In this document: piece after piece, positions 47,894-57,044 of the stretch | Position numbering within the stretch: the first letter of the stretch is position 1 | Layout: each line of letters begins with the position of its first letter | Source: a virus | Strand: one strand, 5' to 3' | DNA length: 64,000 bases | Virus record (IMG/VR): IMGVR_UViG_3300021963_000062 | Location: 1-64,000 of that record | The notes under the pieces: generated by a model | The model's database searches: none | What the model was told of the DNA's origin: nothing | What the model saw: the letters and a program-made list of their open reading frames with translations, nothing else | Position numbers and translations under genes: made by a program

Positions 47894-48733
47894 ATGTCAA
47901 CCAATCTAATGGATGTAAAATTAGATATACACATAACACATAATTGCAATTTGACCTGCGAAAGTTGTTCCGATTTCACAAACGTTGGTTTAAATTGGAT
48001 GATAACTAAAGATGAATTTGCATCTTGGATAAAAAACTGGAACAAAAGAATTAGTCCAGATCAACTTGAAATATTAGGTGGAGAACCAACATTACATAAG
48101 GATCTAGAAGAATTACTGTACATATCAAGAGAATTATGGGGTTCTGAACAAAAAATAACTTTATACACTAATGGTTTTTTCGTACACCTTCATCCAAATT
48201 TAGGAAAAGTGTTGAGAGAAACTAATATAAATCTTGAAGTTTCAATACACAGTATAGAAAAACATTATTTAAAAAAAATAAAAGATAATATTTTATTACT
48301 GAAGAAATGGAAATCTGAAGGTACTGATATTTTTTTCCTTGATTGTTTTAGTGATTGGAGAAAAATATATAAAGGTCATGGTATTTCAATATTGCCTTAC
48401 GAGGATAATGATCCCGAGTCCAGTTGGAAAAATTGTTTTACATCTCCATGGAAATGTTTTCAATTATATGAAGGAAATCTTTGGAAATGTCCACCAATAA
48501 CATATTTAAAAGAACTGAATAAAAAACATGAAATTTCTAAAAAATGGGATCCATATTTAAAATATGAACCCCTAAAAGCCGATTGTTCTGATGAAGAATT
48601 AATGAAATTTTGGAATAGTGAATGTATAGATATATGTGCTATGTGCCCTGCTAAGAAAATCAACATAGAAGTAAGAAGAGATCCTCTAATGAGTGTTTCG
48701 GAATTAGAAAAGTATTACCAACAAAACACTTAA
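47894..48733 (+). CDS. Radical SAM protein, paralog A
   Basis: CNLTCESC, LGGEPTLH, YTNG, C-terminal Cys cluster. Confidence 0.88.
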   Translation: MSTNLMDVKLDIHITHNCNLTCESCSDFTNVGLNWMITKDEFASWIKNWNKRISPDQLEILGGEPTLHKDLEELLYISRELWGSEQKITLYTNGFFVHLHPNLGKVLRETNINLEVSIHSIEKHYLKKIKDNILLLKKWKSEGTDIFFLDCFSDWRKIYKGHGISILPYEDNDPESSWKNCFTSPWKCFQLYEGNLWKCPPITYLKELNKKHEISKKWDPYLKYEPLKADCSDEELMKFWNSECIDICAMCPAKKINIEVRRDPLMSVSELEKYYQQNT

Positions 48734-48765
48734 TCGAATATATACTATATCTAAATGAATATAAA

Positions 48766-49680
48766 ATGACTACGAATAAAGATTTAGGCCCCAAAACAAC
48801 TACTCAAGATCCATGGATAATTGCTATTCATATAACTCATAATTGCAATTTAACTTGTGATAGTTGTTCAGACATGACTAATATTGGTCTGAACTGGATG
48901 ATAACTAAAGATGAATTTGTATCTTGGATAAAAAATTGGAATGAAAGAATCAAACCAGATCAATTCCATATATTAGGTGGAGAACCAACATTACATAAGG
49001 ATCTAGAAGAATTCTTATACCTGGCTCGAGAACTATGGGGCCCAGACCAAGAGATCAGATTGATGAGTAATGGATTTTTTGTAGATCGTCATAAAAATTT
49101 AGGAAAAGTTCTTAAGGAAACTAATACATCAATCGATATTGGCCTCCATAGTAAAGAAAAAGATTACTTAGGTAAACTAAAAGATAATATTATATTGATG
49201 AAGAAGTGGAGAAAAGATGAAGGAACAACAGTAAACTTCATGGACTTCACTGAAGAAGGTTCAGGTTGGAATCCAAGTGGTAGAACTTGGAGAAGAATAT
49301 ACAAAGGTTATGGTGCATCAATGTTACCTTATGAAGACAATGATCCAGAATCTAGTTGGGAAAATTGTTGGATGGATGGTGCAAGATGTTTCCAATTATA
49401 TCAAGGAAACCTCTGGAAGTGTCCACCAATAACATACTTATCAGAGGCAAAGAAAAAATATGGTGATCTACTATCGGAAAAGTGGGATCCATATCTTGCA
49501 TACGAACCTTTAAAGCCAGAGTGTTCTGACGAAGAGTTAATGCAATTCTGGAAGAGTGAGTGCCTAAGTATATGTTCCATGTGTCCCGCTAAGCCACATT
49601 ACATAGATAATCTAAAAAATCCTCTTATGAGTGTCTCGCAGTCCGAAAAATACTATCAGTCTACAGAACCAGTAACTTGA
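48766..49680 (+). CDS. Radical SAM protein, paralog B
   Basis: CNLTCDSC, LGGEPTLH, MSNG, C-terminal Cys cluster. Confidence 0.88.
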   Translation: MTTNKDLGPKTTTQDPWIIAIHITHNCNLTCDSCSDMTNIGLNWMITKDEFVSWIKNWNERIKPDQFHILGGEPTLHKDLEEFLYLARELWGPDQEIRLMSNGFFVDRHKNLGKVLKETNTSIDIGLHSKEKDYLGKLKDNIILMKKWRKDEGTTVNFMDFTEEGSGWNPSGRTWRRIYKGYGASMLPYEDNDPESSWENCWMDGARCFQLYQGNLWKCPPITYLSEAKKKYGDLLSEKWDPYLAYEPLKPECSDEELMQFWKSECLSICSMCPAKPHYIDNLKNPLMSVSQSEKYYQSTEPVT

Positions 49681-50162
49681 ATTGCATATCTATCTCTCAT
49701 ACTAAAATTGTAAAATGCATGTGGTTGGAATCCTCTCCAACCAAAACAATCTCCAGACTTCCATTTACCGAAACAATCATCTTCAATTTGAATAATTTGT
49801 CCAGGAAAACTATCTTCTAACATCAAAATATATCTAACTATCTTTTCGATTTTAACGTCATATATTTTTGTGTAAGTGGAAAGTGGATCAGTATGTACTG
49901 GCAAATATTTTCCTGGTTTAAATAAATTTACAGCTACAGCAACATTGTTCAGAAAATGAAACTTTGGTTTCACATAATCATGTAAAAAAGTTGGCATAGA
50001 ACTTGGTTCTTGACAGTTATATAAAGTCATGTGGTTTTTGTCATGTCCACAACTTATATACTTGTCCACAAGATCATAATCTTTATGGGTTGTGAGAAAA
50101 TAATCCAAATGATAAAATTCGGTTACATCCCATTTTGGTTCTATTCTATATCTTAGTGACAT
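49656..50162 (-). CDS. Putative 2OG-Fe(II)/cupin oxygenase
   Basis: PGKYLPVHTD..WKSGD..H..N..RYAIQVTG. Confidence 0.6.
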   Translation of the reverse strand: MSLRYRIEPKWDVTEFYHLDYFLTTHKDYDLVDKYISCGHDKNHMTLYNCQEPSSMPTFLHDYVKPKFHFLNNVAVAVNLFKPGKYLPVHTDPLSTYTKIYDVKIEKIVRYILMLEDSFPGQIIQIEDDCFGKWKSGDCFGWRGFQPHAFYNFSMRDRYAIQVTGSVD

Positions 50163-51256
50163 TATGCTGGGGAAAATTCTAAGTACTTTTGAATTAACTC
50201 AAGATCATTTTTATTCCTCAAAACAAGGTACTCATTGGCAAAGTGTAGTTCTACTCCACATTCTAGAGCTAAATTGAGAATAGTATTTCTCCACTTTTTT
50301 TTATCTGGAAGAGAGAATATACTTAACATAACAATTCCATCTGGTTTTCCCTTAATATAACTTTGAAGATTTGGACACCAATCTAGATACTCATTTTCAA
50401 ATTGAGAGTCTGAGTAATTAATTTTGTTTTTTTCACAGTAGTCATCAATAACATTTCTTTGCATAGGCAAAGGAATGTTTTTTGAATATTTACTACTCCA
50501 AGAATCGTATGTAATAAAATGTCTTCCCGTATTGTCTTCAGAAACATCGGAAAGATAATCTCCAGGAAATCTCAACCAAGCTCCAGGAAGTCTCCTAAGA
50601 TACGATTCCCCCTCAATTAAAATTCTCATATCCATACTTACTCTAGTAATATCGGTATTATTATTCACATTTCCATGCATATGTTCTTGAAAAAACAAAT
50701 GACATTGGCCATAATCAAGAGTAACTGGAAAAGAATGTTTGAGACATTCTTCTTCAAATTTTTCTAGAGACCATCTATTGTTTATACACTGTTTGGTAAT
50801 TTTCCTAGAAATTTTTAAGGGAAGTATTTGCATACTATTACTTTCATAACATTTAGTAAAAGGCATCCAAACTGTTCTTAAACCTTTTCCATTTCCAACC
50901 CAAATACCCTGGTGAAAAGCAACTCTACGTGATTTTTTTGATTGATTAGGTTCTACAATTCTTAAAGTTGGATATCGTTGAATTAAATATTTTTTATTAT
51001 CAATTCTCGATGGAATATACTCTTTCATAAATTCATCTACCATTATCATAAATTCTTTTCTAAGTGATGCTTTATGAAAATGTTTTCTAATTAATGGAAG
51101 TTCTTCTGAACTAACTTGGAGATGAAGTTTTTCTAATTCTGTTACTTCTGGTTTTATTTCTTGAATTACGGAAATAGCCCATTCTCTAAATTTAAATTTA
51201 GTACTATCATAATTTAGAGTTTTATTATCCCATTCCAATTGCGTTTTTGTTATCAT
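50162..51256 (-). CDS. StrG-like 2OG-Fe(II) oxygenase fused to a carbohydrate-cluster domain
   Basis: IQRYPTLR, FHQG, VWMPFT, HGNVNN..TRVSMDMR; C-term IPLPMQRNVIDDYC..GIVMLSIFSLP. Confidence 0.6.
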   Translation of the reverse strand: MITKTQLEWDNKTLNYDSTKFKFREWAISVIQEIKPEVTELEKLHLQVSSEELPLIRKHFHKASLRKEFMIMVDEFMKEYIPSRIDNKKYLIQRYPTLRIVEPNQSKKSRRVAFHQGIWVGNGKGLRTVWMPFTKCYESNSMQILPLKISRKITKQCINNRWSLEKFEEECLKHSFPVTLDYGQCHLFFQEHMHGNVNNNTDITRVSMDMRILIEGESYLRRLPGAWLRFPGDYLSDVSEDNTGRHFITYDSWSSKYSKNIPLPMQRNVIDDYCEKNKINYSDSQFENEYLDWCPNLQSYIKGKPDGIVMLSIFSLPDKKKWRNTILNLALECGVELHFANEYLVLRNKNDLELIQKYLEFSPA

Positions 51257-51258
51257 AT

Positions 51259-52677
51259 TTAATTAAAAATTTTTACGTTATAAGTCTTTTCCCATTCTAT
51301 CATATTACTATGATCGTTGACAATAGGATATCCTTTAATGTTCAAACTAGTATTTAAAAGGATTGGACAACCGGTTTTATTTTTCCATTGAAATAAAAGA
51401 TCATAAAACTTTGGGTTGTCCTTCTTACTTAAAACCTGAACTCTACTAGTACAATCAACATGTTGTATAGAAGTCAACTCTTTTGATTTACATCTTACAG
51501 CAAACTGCATATACTTATTACCACCTTCAAAATATTCCTTGGCATATTCTTCCAAAACAACTGGTGCAAATGGTCTGAACTTTTGTCTTTTTTTTATCTC
51601 ATTGACTTTATCTTTTATAAAAGGATCTCTAGGATCTGCAATTAAACTTCTATTACCTAAAGCTCTAGGGCCAAATTCCGATTTGCCCCTTGCAATACCA
51701 CAAACTTTTTTATCTAAAAGATAATCAACAATTTCTTCATTTGTAGAGTTATATCCCATATCATATCCAAGATATGGTCCTTTCCAATCAATGTGTTTTT
51801 TCTTATGTGCAAGAACCGATCCAATAGAAGAACCACTATCTCCAGGAGAAGGCATAATCCATATATTATCATAATAATTGTATGCAATTGGATTTGCAGA
51901 ACAATTCAATGCACATCCGCCCATCACTACAAGATTATCAGACTTAACCAAAGATTTAGATTTCTCTAATACATTTTTGAATAAAATTTCATAAACTGAT
52001 TGTGTTCCTGCAGCAATATCAAAATAATCCTCTTCCGTTTTAAGATCCGATCTCCAATTTAAACAACCTTTATGAAGATTATTTTTAAACCTAAGATCTT
52101 CCCCAATAAAATCATCAAAAATATCACAAGTCAATCTACTAGGATCTCCATAAGCAGACATACCCATCAGAATATATTCTTCTTCGTTTGGTTTCAGTCC
52201 GCACCTTTGTGTCATTGCAGAGTACCAAAGTCCGATACTATGTGGATAATTACGTTGAAATTTTAGTTTTAACTTGTTTCCCTGAGCTTCCCAGATTGTG
52301 AGTGTTTGAAATTCACCTATAGCGTCAATAACCACCACGCAACATTCATCAAACTCGCTGGTGAAATAACCAGCACAAGCATGAGTATAGTGATGATCAT
52401 AATACTTGATTGGAACATCAACATACTTTTTGACGTTCTGGATCCAACCCTGGCCCGCAAGAAGTTGTCTAAGTGTTTTCTTATATGGGTTCTCATACCA
52501 ACATACTAGCTCTGGTTTCCCAAACTTTAGTGCATAGTTGATTATGCCATCATTCAACTGAGAATCATTTTTGACGCCACTAAATCTCTCACTTTCACTT
52601 GCAAAAACAAGAGTGTCCTTAACAAAAACCGAAAGTGCAGCATTGTGACTTTCCGATGATATTCCCCAGGTTATCAT
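51259..52677 (-). CDS. Carbamoyltransferase (NodU/CmcH family)
   Basis: HNAAL, ESERFS, HHYTHA, DAIGE, GGCALN, EFGPRALGNRS, FRPFAP, LLNTSLN. Confidence 0.92.
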   Translation of the reverse strand: MITWGISSESHNAALSVFVKDTLVFASESERFSGVKNDSQLNDGIINYALKFGKPELVCWYENPYKKTLRQLLAGQGWIQNVKKYVDVPIKYYDHHYTHACAGYFTSEFDECCVVVIDAIGEFQTLTIWEAQGNKLKLKFQRNYPHSIGLWYSAMTQRCGLKPNEEEYILMGMSAYGDPSRLTCDIFDDFIGEDLRFKNNLHKGCLNWRSDLKTEEDYFDIAAGTQSVYEILFKNVLEKSKSLVKSDNLVVMGGCALNCSANPIAYNYYDNIWIMPSPGDSGSSIGSVLAHKKKHIDWKGPYLGYDMGYNSTNEEIVDYLLDKKVCGIARGKSEFGPRALGNRSLIADPRDPFIKDKVNEIKKRQKFRPFAPVVLEEYAKEYFEGGNKYMQFAVRCKSKELTSIQHVDCTSRVQVLSKKDNPKFYDLLFQWKNKTGCPILLNTSLNIKGYPIVNDHSNMIEWEKTYNVKIFN

Positions 52678-53843
52678 AAGTCACCAATAATATCTTCCAA
52701 GACTTTGAATCTTTTATTTCCTACTAGATGACTATTTCCAATATAAAGTCCATATTCATGAATAATATCTACATTAAATGGTGCATCACCAACGATAGAA
52801 TAGTTTTTTAAGAATGGTTGTTTAAGTAGATTGCCTGCGACAATAGGTCGATATTCAATTCCATATTCTTCAAATTTTGAGATGAGATTTAAATACGTTT
52901 CTTTCTTTTTGCAAATAAACGGAAGACAAAGGTTACTGCTAGTATTATCTTCCTTAGGAATATAGAATTTATCTGGATATTTTTTAAGTAAAGATAACAG
53001 TCTTTGATAGTTATTTTTTCTAGATTCGATAATAAAATCTATACGTCTGAGTTGGGAACTACCAAGAACTGCACAGATTTCATGATTTCTGAAGTTAAAC
53101 CCGTCAGTTGGAAAAAGAAAACTTGGAGAAATGTTGGGATATTCTTCTTGATATTTTTTAAAGTTTTCTGGAGAAGCTTCTCTGGCAATACCATGACTAC
53201 GTTTCATACGCATCAATTCATATAGTTCCTTATCACAAGTAGAAATCATACCACCTTCAATACTAGTCATATGATGACTGAAATAAAAACTGAATGTGGC
53301 TCCCAGAGAATTCGCACCATGTTTCACACCTTGAGAATTAGATACCCCCTGAGCTTCACAGATATCCTCAAGAATTAGAGCGTCTGGAAAAATTTCCTGA
53401 TATTTATCCAATTCTGCTTCCAATCCAAGAAGGTGAGTAACAAAAATTATTTTGATGTCTGGATGAAGCTCTTTTACTTGTTTTAGTTTTTCGACATCAA
53501 AACTAAGAGAATTTAAATTGATATCTGCAAATACGGGTTCAAATCCAGTTTGCAACACTGGAGAAATATTAGTAGACCAAGTACATGCAGGCACTAATAC
53601 TTTATCTCCGTTTTTCAATCCATACTTTTCTTTCACTGCAGATAAAAGTAGGATGTTTGCGGAACTACCAGAATTTACATAAAGGGAATATTTGGATCCC
53701 AACCATTGATTCCATTCGGATTCAAACTTTCTCACTTTTTCTCCATTAGTAAATCTTTTGGTAGTGAGAATAAATTTAATCATTCTTAGTTTATCGCCCC
53801 AAGTTATGATATCATCCATCAAGGGCCAAATATTTTTAGTCAT
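52674..53843 (-). CDS. ColD-like GDP-4-keto-6-deoxymannose 3-dehydratase (DegT fold)
   Basis: VNSGSSAN, LEDICEA, FSFYFSHHMTSIEGG with His where aminotransferases have the Schiff-base Lys. Confidence 0.75.
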   Translation of the reverse strand: MTKNIWPLMDDIITWGDKLRMIKFILTTKRFTNGEKVRKFESEWNQWLGSKYSLYVNSGSSANILLLSAVKEKYGLKNGDKVLVPACTWSTNISPVLQTGFEPVFADINLNSLSFDVEKLKQVKELHPDIKIIFVTHLLGLEAELDKYQEIFPDALILEDICEAQGVSNSQGVKHGANSLGATFSFYFSHHMTSIEGGMISTCDKELYELMRMKRSHGIAREASPENFKKYQEEYPNISPSFLFPTDGFNFRNHEICAVLGSSQLRRIDFIIESRKNNYQRLLSLLKKYPDKFYIPKEDNTSSNLCLPFICKKKETYLNLISKFEEYGIEYRPIVAGNLLKQPFLKNYSIVGDAPFNVDIIHEYGLYIGNSHLVGNKRFKVLEDIIGDL

Positions 53844-53860
53844 ATCAATTCAATAAAGAA

Positions 53861-53883
53861 AAAAAGAGGAGGTTTCCCTCCTC
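53861..53883 (-). terminator. Terminator after the peroxiredoxin gene
   Basis: GAGGAGG..CCTCCTC hairpin with U tract. Confidence 0.7.
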
Positions 53884-53893
53884 AAAATATTTA

Positions 53894-54430
53894 TTAGACT
53901 GCCAGAGATGGAATATTTTGTTTTACGTATTCAAGAACCTTTTCAGGAGAAGACCATTCATAAGGATCGGACTCTGCGTTATCTGTAATACCATCTTCCA
54001 TAAAGATCTGTTCGATCACACCGTCATTGATTACTGCAGCATAACGCCAAGAGCGAGCCGCGAAACCAAGGTTACGTTTCTGAACAAGCATACCCATGGC
54101 AGTAGTGAACTCACCGTTACCATCAGGAATCAGTTTGACTTTCTCAATATTCTGATCTTTAGCCCATGCGTTCATCACAAAGGCATCGTTGACAGACAGA
54201 CAATAGATTTCATCAATACCCTGTTCTGCAAACATATCATAGAATGCTTCGTAACCAGGAAGTTGATAAGCACTACAAGTAGGGGTAAATGCACCAGGAA
54301 GGGCAAACAGAACTACTTTCTTTCCGTTGAAGAGTTCCTCAGTAGAACGAGTCACAAACTCTCCGTCTTCACGGAACATAAAGTCCACTGAAGGGACTAC
54401 AGATTTTTCTTCAGGAGCTAGTTGAGGCAT
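53894..54430 (-). CDS. Peroxiredoxin (PRX5-like)
   Basis: LPGAFTPTCS, SVNDAFVMNAW, RSWRYA. Confidence 0.93.
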   Translation of the reverse strand: MPQLAPEEKSVVPSVDFMFREDGEFVTRSTEELFNGKKVVLFALPGAFTPTCSAYQLPGYEAFYDMFAEQGIDEIYCLSVNDAFVMNAWAKDQNIEKVKLIPDGNGEFTTAMGMLVQKRNLGFAARSWRYAAVINDGVIEQIFMEDGITDNAESDPYEWSSPEKVLEYVKQNIPSLAV

Positions 54431-54683
54431 GTTTTTGTTTTAATTCAGGATTAGGTTGAGAAGGAACAACAGGGTTCCTAGATTTATTTTTAATAACGAT
54501 GAATGCATCGTTTTGATATGTAACTGTACCAAAAGGTTTAGACCACTTTGGATTACTGTTTGGGTTGGTGGCAGTACCAGTTACACATACTCCACCGATT
54601 TCTACAGCGATTTCATCGCCATATTCCCATCCGAGATTTTGAAGGGCAATAGCAAGTTGTCCTAACCATGCACCTTCACTCAT
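54411..54683 (-). CDS. Conserved cyanophage hypothetical protein
   Basis: NPKWSKPFGTVTYQNDAFIVIKN. Confidence 0.65.
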   Translation of the reverse strand: MSEGAWLGQLAIALQNLGWEYGDEIAVEIGGVCVTGTATNPNSNPKWSKPFGTVTYQNDAFIVIKNKSRNPVVPSQPNPELKQKHASTSS

Positions 54684-54976
54684 CACAGATTTTCCTCTTG
54701 CTCGGTAAGAATGACACAATCACTAGTGGGGTATGCCACACAGGTGAGGACGAACCCATTAGAGATTTGATCGTCATCCAGAAATGTTTGATCTTCATTG
54801 TCTACTGTCCCACTGATAAGTTTTCCAGCGCAAGCAGAACAAGCACCAGCACGGCAACTGGAAGGTAGATCAACGCCAGCTTCTTCAGCAGCGTCCAAAA
54901 TATACTGGTCTTTAGGGCATTGGATAGTCGTTTCGGATCCATCGGGGGAACGAAGAGTTACATTAAAAGAGGTCAT
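54683..54976 (-). CDS. petF: Plant-type [2Fe-2S] ferredoxin
   Basis: [23 protein letters not shown]. Confidence 0.96.
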   Translation of the reverse strand: MTSFNVTLRSPDGSETTIQCPKDQYILDAAEEAGVDLPSSCRAGACSACAGKLISGTVDNEDQTFLDDDQISNGFVLTCVAYPTSDCVILTEQEENL

Positions 54977-55032
54977 TGTGATTTAATAACAACAATAAGA
55001 GTTTATCAAGAAAGTCTTAAGAAGTCAATAGA

Positions 55033-55158
55033 CTAGATGGGGTTGTATGCGGGAATCATCATACCCCCACCTTGATCATCGTCATCGTCTGCATCGTTAC
55101 TACCAATGGCACTTATGAAAAACCAAGTCCCTATTAGTATTACTGCAAACAATAACAT
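55033..55158 (-). CDS. Single-TM peptide with acidic tail
   Basis: MLLFAVILIG..DDDDQGGGMMIPAY; coupled to hli. Confidence 0.6.
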   Translation of the reverse strand: MLLFAVILIGTWFFISAIGSNDADDDDDQGGGMMIPAYNPI

Positions 55159-55277
55159 CAGAGTACACCAGGAATGATTTGTCCGGTGATCAGATAAGAA
55201 CCAACTCCAGCAACGAAACCGAGCATTGCAAGACGAGCGTTGAGGATCTCAGCCTCAGGGGTGAAACCGAATTTCAT
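55158..55277 (-). CDS. hli: High-light inducible protein
   Basis: AEILNARLAMLGF..TGQIIPGVL. Confidence 0.92.
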   Translation of the reverse strand: MKFGFTPEAEILNARLAMLGFVAGVGSYLITGQIIPGVL

Positions 55278-55288
55278 AATTGTTCTCC

Positions 55289-55375
55289 TTAGTAAGTTTC
55301 AGAAAGTTTTTCTACGGAAATTGCCAACAAAACAAAGAAGGCAATACTAGTAATTGTAAACAGTACTTCAGTCAT
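55289..55375 (-). CDS. Single-TM peptide, 28 aa
   Basis: MTEVLFTITSIAFFVLLAISVEKLSETY, between the two hli genes. Confidence 0.55.
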   Translation of the reverse strand: MTEVLFTITSIAFFVLLAISVEKLSETY

Positions 55376-55383
55376 CGTCTGTC

Positions 55384-55587
55384 TCAGAAGATACCGAAGA
55401 AAAGTTTACCAGTGAATGCATAGGAAATCGCACCAGCGATGATGCCCATCATGGCCCAACGACCATTGTACATTTCAGTGGTCTGCATAGGAGTCAAGAG
55501 ACCTTTGCGGTTATACTCTTGGTAAACCATTTGGGGTTCTTTGGCCCACATGTTTTGTTGACCACGATCATTCGTTGTTACAGTCAT
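55384..55587 (-). CDS. hli: High-light inducible protein
   Basis: QQNMWAKEP..EMYNGRWAMMG..TGKLFFGIF. Confidence 0.9.
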   Translation of the reverse strand: MTVTTNDRGQQNMWAKEPQMVYQEYNRKGLLTPMQTTEMYNGRWAMMGIIAGAISYAFTGKLFFGIF

Positions 55588-55596
55588 TTTCGTTTT

Positions 55597-55643
55597 ATTA
55601 CGAATTGTTACACAATTATATAGGAAATCTAAAGAGTCGTCAA
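55597..55643 (-). promoter_or_regulatory. hli promoter with HLR1-like (RpaB) direct repeat
   Basis: TTGACG-17-TATAAT, then ATTACGAA-TT-GTTACACA (plus strand). Confidence 0.6.
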
Positions 55644-55665
55644 GCCCCTTATGTTTGCGATTCAT

Positions 55666-55693
55666 AAAAAAACCACCCCAGAAAGGGGTGGTT
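55666..55693 (-). terminator. Terminator after the OMP gene
   Basis: AACCACCCC..GGGGTGGTT hairpin with U tract. Confidence 0.75.
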
Positions 55694-55716
55694 CCACTCA
55701 ACTTATGAGTATCTTA

Positions 55717-56094
55717 TCAGAAAGAGTAACGAACTTTCAGTTCACCACCGAGGGCAAACACTTCGCTATCAAAACCATACTCACCAGCAACTTTAGCCTT
55801 ACCAGTCAGACTTCCGGCGATAGGGAAGTTAACACCAACTTCACCAACAGCAACACCCTCATTGGTGCCACCATTGTTCCACTCATAACCAGGGCCGATT
55901 TCACCGAACACGGTCACACCATTGGAAGCCTTTTGTTCATAACCAACGCGAAGTTCGGTTTGAGCACCAGTGAAATCACCACCATCGGTGATAGTACCAG
56001 CAGCAGTGGTCTTAGACTCAACATAAGGGCCAGCGAAAGCAGCAGTGGCAAGGAAAGGGGCAACAGCAGCAGTTGCGATAACAGATTTAATCAT
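55717..56094 (-). CDS. Small outer-membrane beta-barrel-like protein
   Basis: Signal peptide (..AAFA-GPYVE), alternating beta strands, terminal Y-x-F. Confidence 0.7.
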   Translation of the reverse strand: MIKSVIATAAVAPFLATAAFAGPYVESKTTAAGTITDGGDFTGAQTELRVGYEQKASNGVTVFGEIGPGYEWNNGGTNEGVAVGEVGVNFPIAGSLTGKAKVAGEYGFDSEVFALGGELKVRYSF

Positions 56095-56208
56095 TTAATT
56101 AATACCTCGTAAATTTACTTGCGGAATGGTTACCCGCAGATGAAAGAAGACTTGACTTGTCTTCGTTCCCTAATTTTAACATTCTCTTTGGGATCATGTC
56201 AAGGTAGT

Positions 56209-56230
56209 AAAAACCCACCTTTCGGTGGGT
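56209..56230 (-). terminator. Terminator of the glycosyltransferase operon
   Basis: ACCCACC-GAAA-GGTGGGT followed by a U tract. Confidence 0.75.
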
Positions 56231-56238
56231 GGTTTGAA

Positions 56239-57030
56239 CTATGAAGTTTGTTGTTGAGCTTCTGATGTCCTTCCAAGATATGGATCATAATCCATAAGTT
56301 TTTCAATTTCTAGATCAGAACCACGAGTCTCCCAGAGATTTCTCAATCCATCATGAGATCCTCTGTGGAAAATCTCAATGTGTTCTGGATGAATGGAAGA
56401 ACCCAATTCAATCTTATACAAGAAAAGAGGAATTGCAAAAGTATTTCCAGAATTATAAATCAAATCATCTGCAACTGCACGAGGTTTAATTTGATAATCA
56501 AGTTTATACTTATCTCCACGACAATGGAATCTTACAATCTTTTCTGCATGGTGACGAGTAATTACATAACAAGCAGTAGAAAAATCATTGACAAATCTAC
56601 GATGTAAGTTTACATGAAGAGTTCCTGGACAAATAATAGCAAGTTGAACTACATCATAATCATATGGAAGTCTTGCAACAAATTGGCTCCAAGTAAAATT
56701 CCAATACTTTGCAATACTAATATCTACATCGTCTTCCATGACAACACAATACGGTGCATCAGAAGTTTCCAAGAAATGTTTGAGTAGTTTAAGGTGAGAA
56801 GTAACACAACCAATCTCACCAGAACTCATTCCTTGTGGATATCTGCCATGGATAATATCACTCAGATCATCATCTCTACCATCATACGCAGAGATTCTTT
56901 CATAATTTTCAATCTCCCAGTGTGCAAACATGTCTTCCATATACTGTTTGCGTTCTGGTTGATCATCTAAGTTGATATAGTAGATAGGACCAATACCTTT
57001 TAGTTTGTATGCGGACTTATTTTTATCCAT
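56239..57030 (-). CDS. GT25-family glycosyltransferase
   Basis: YYINLDDQPERK, RISAYDG, GEIGCVTSHL, MEDD, STACYVI. Confidence 0.85.
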   Translation of the reverse strand: MDKNKSAYKLKGIGPIYYINLDDQPERKQYMEDMFAHWEIENYERISAYDGRDDDLSDIIHGRYPQGMSSGEIGCVTSHLKLLKHFLETSDAPYCVVMEDDVDISIAKYWNFTWSQFVARLPYDYDVVQLAIICPGTLHVNLHRRFVNDFSTACYVITRHHAEKIVRFHCRGDKYKLDYQIKPRAVADDLIYNSGNTFAIPLFLYKIELGSSIHPEHIEIFHRGSHDGLRNLWETRGSDLEIEKLMDYDPYLGRTSEAQQQTS

Positions 57031-57044
57031 TACAGCAACTTCCA

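Noticed and set aside
36624-52677. Saxitoxin- or streptomycin-like biosynthetic cluster
   Set aside because: Amidinotransferase, carbamoyltransferase and oxygenases are present but dispersed, and no scaffold enzyme (PKS/SxtA-like or inositol pathway) is seen
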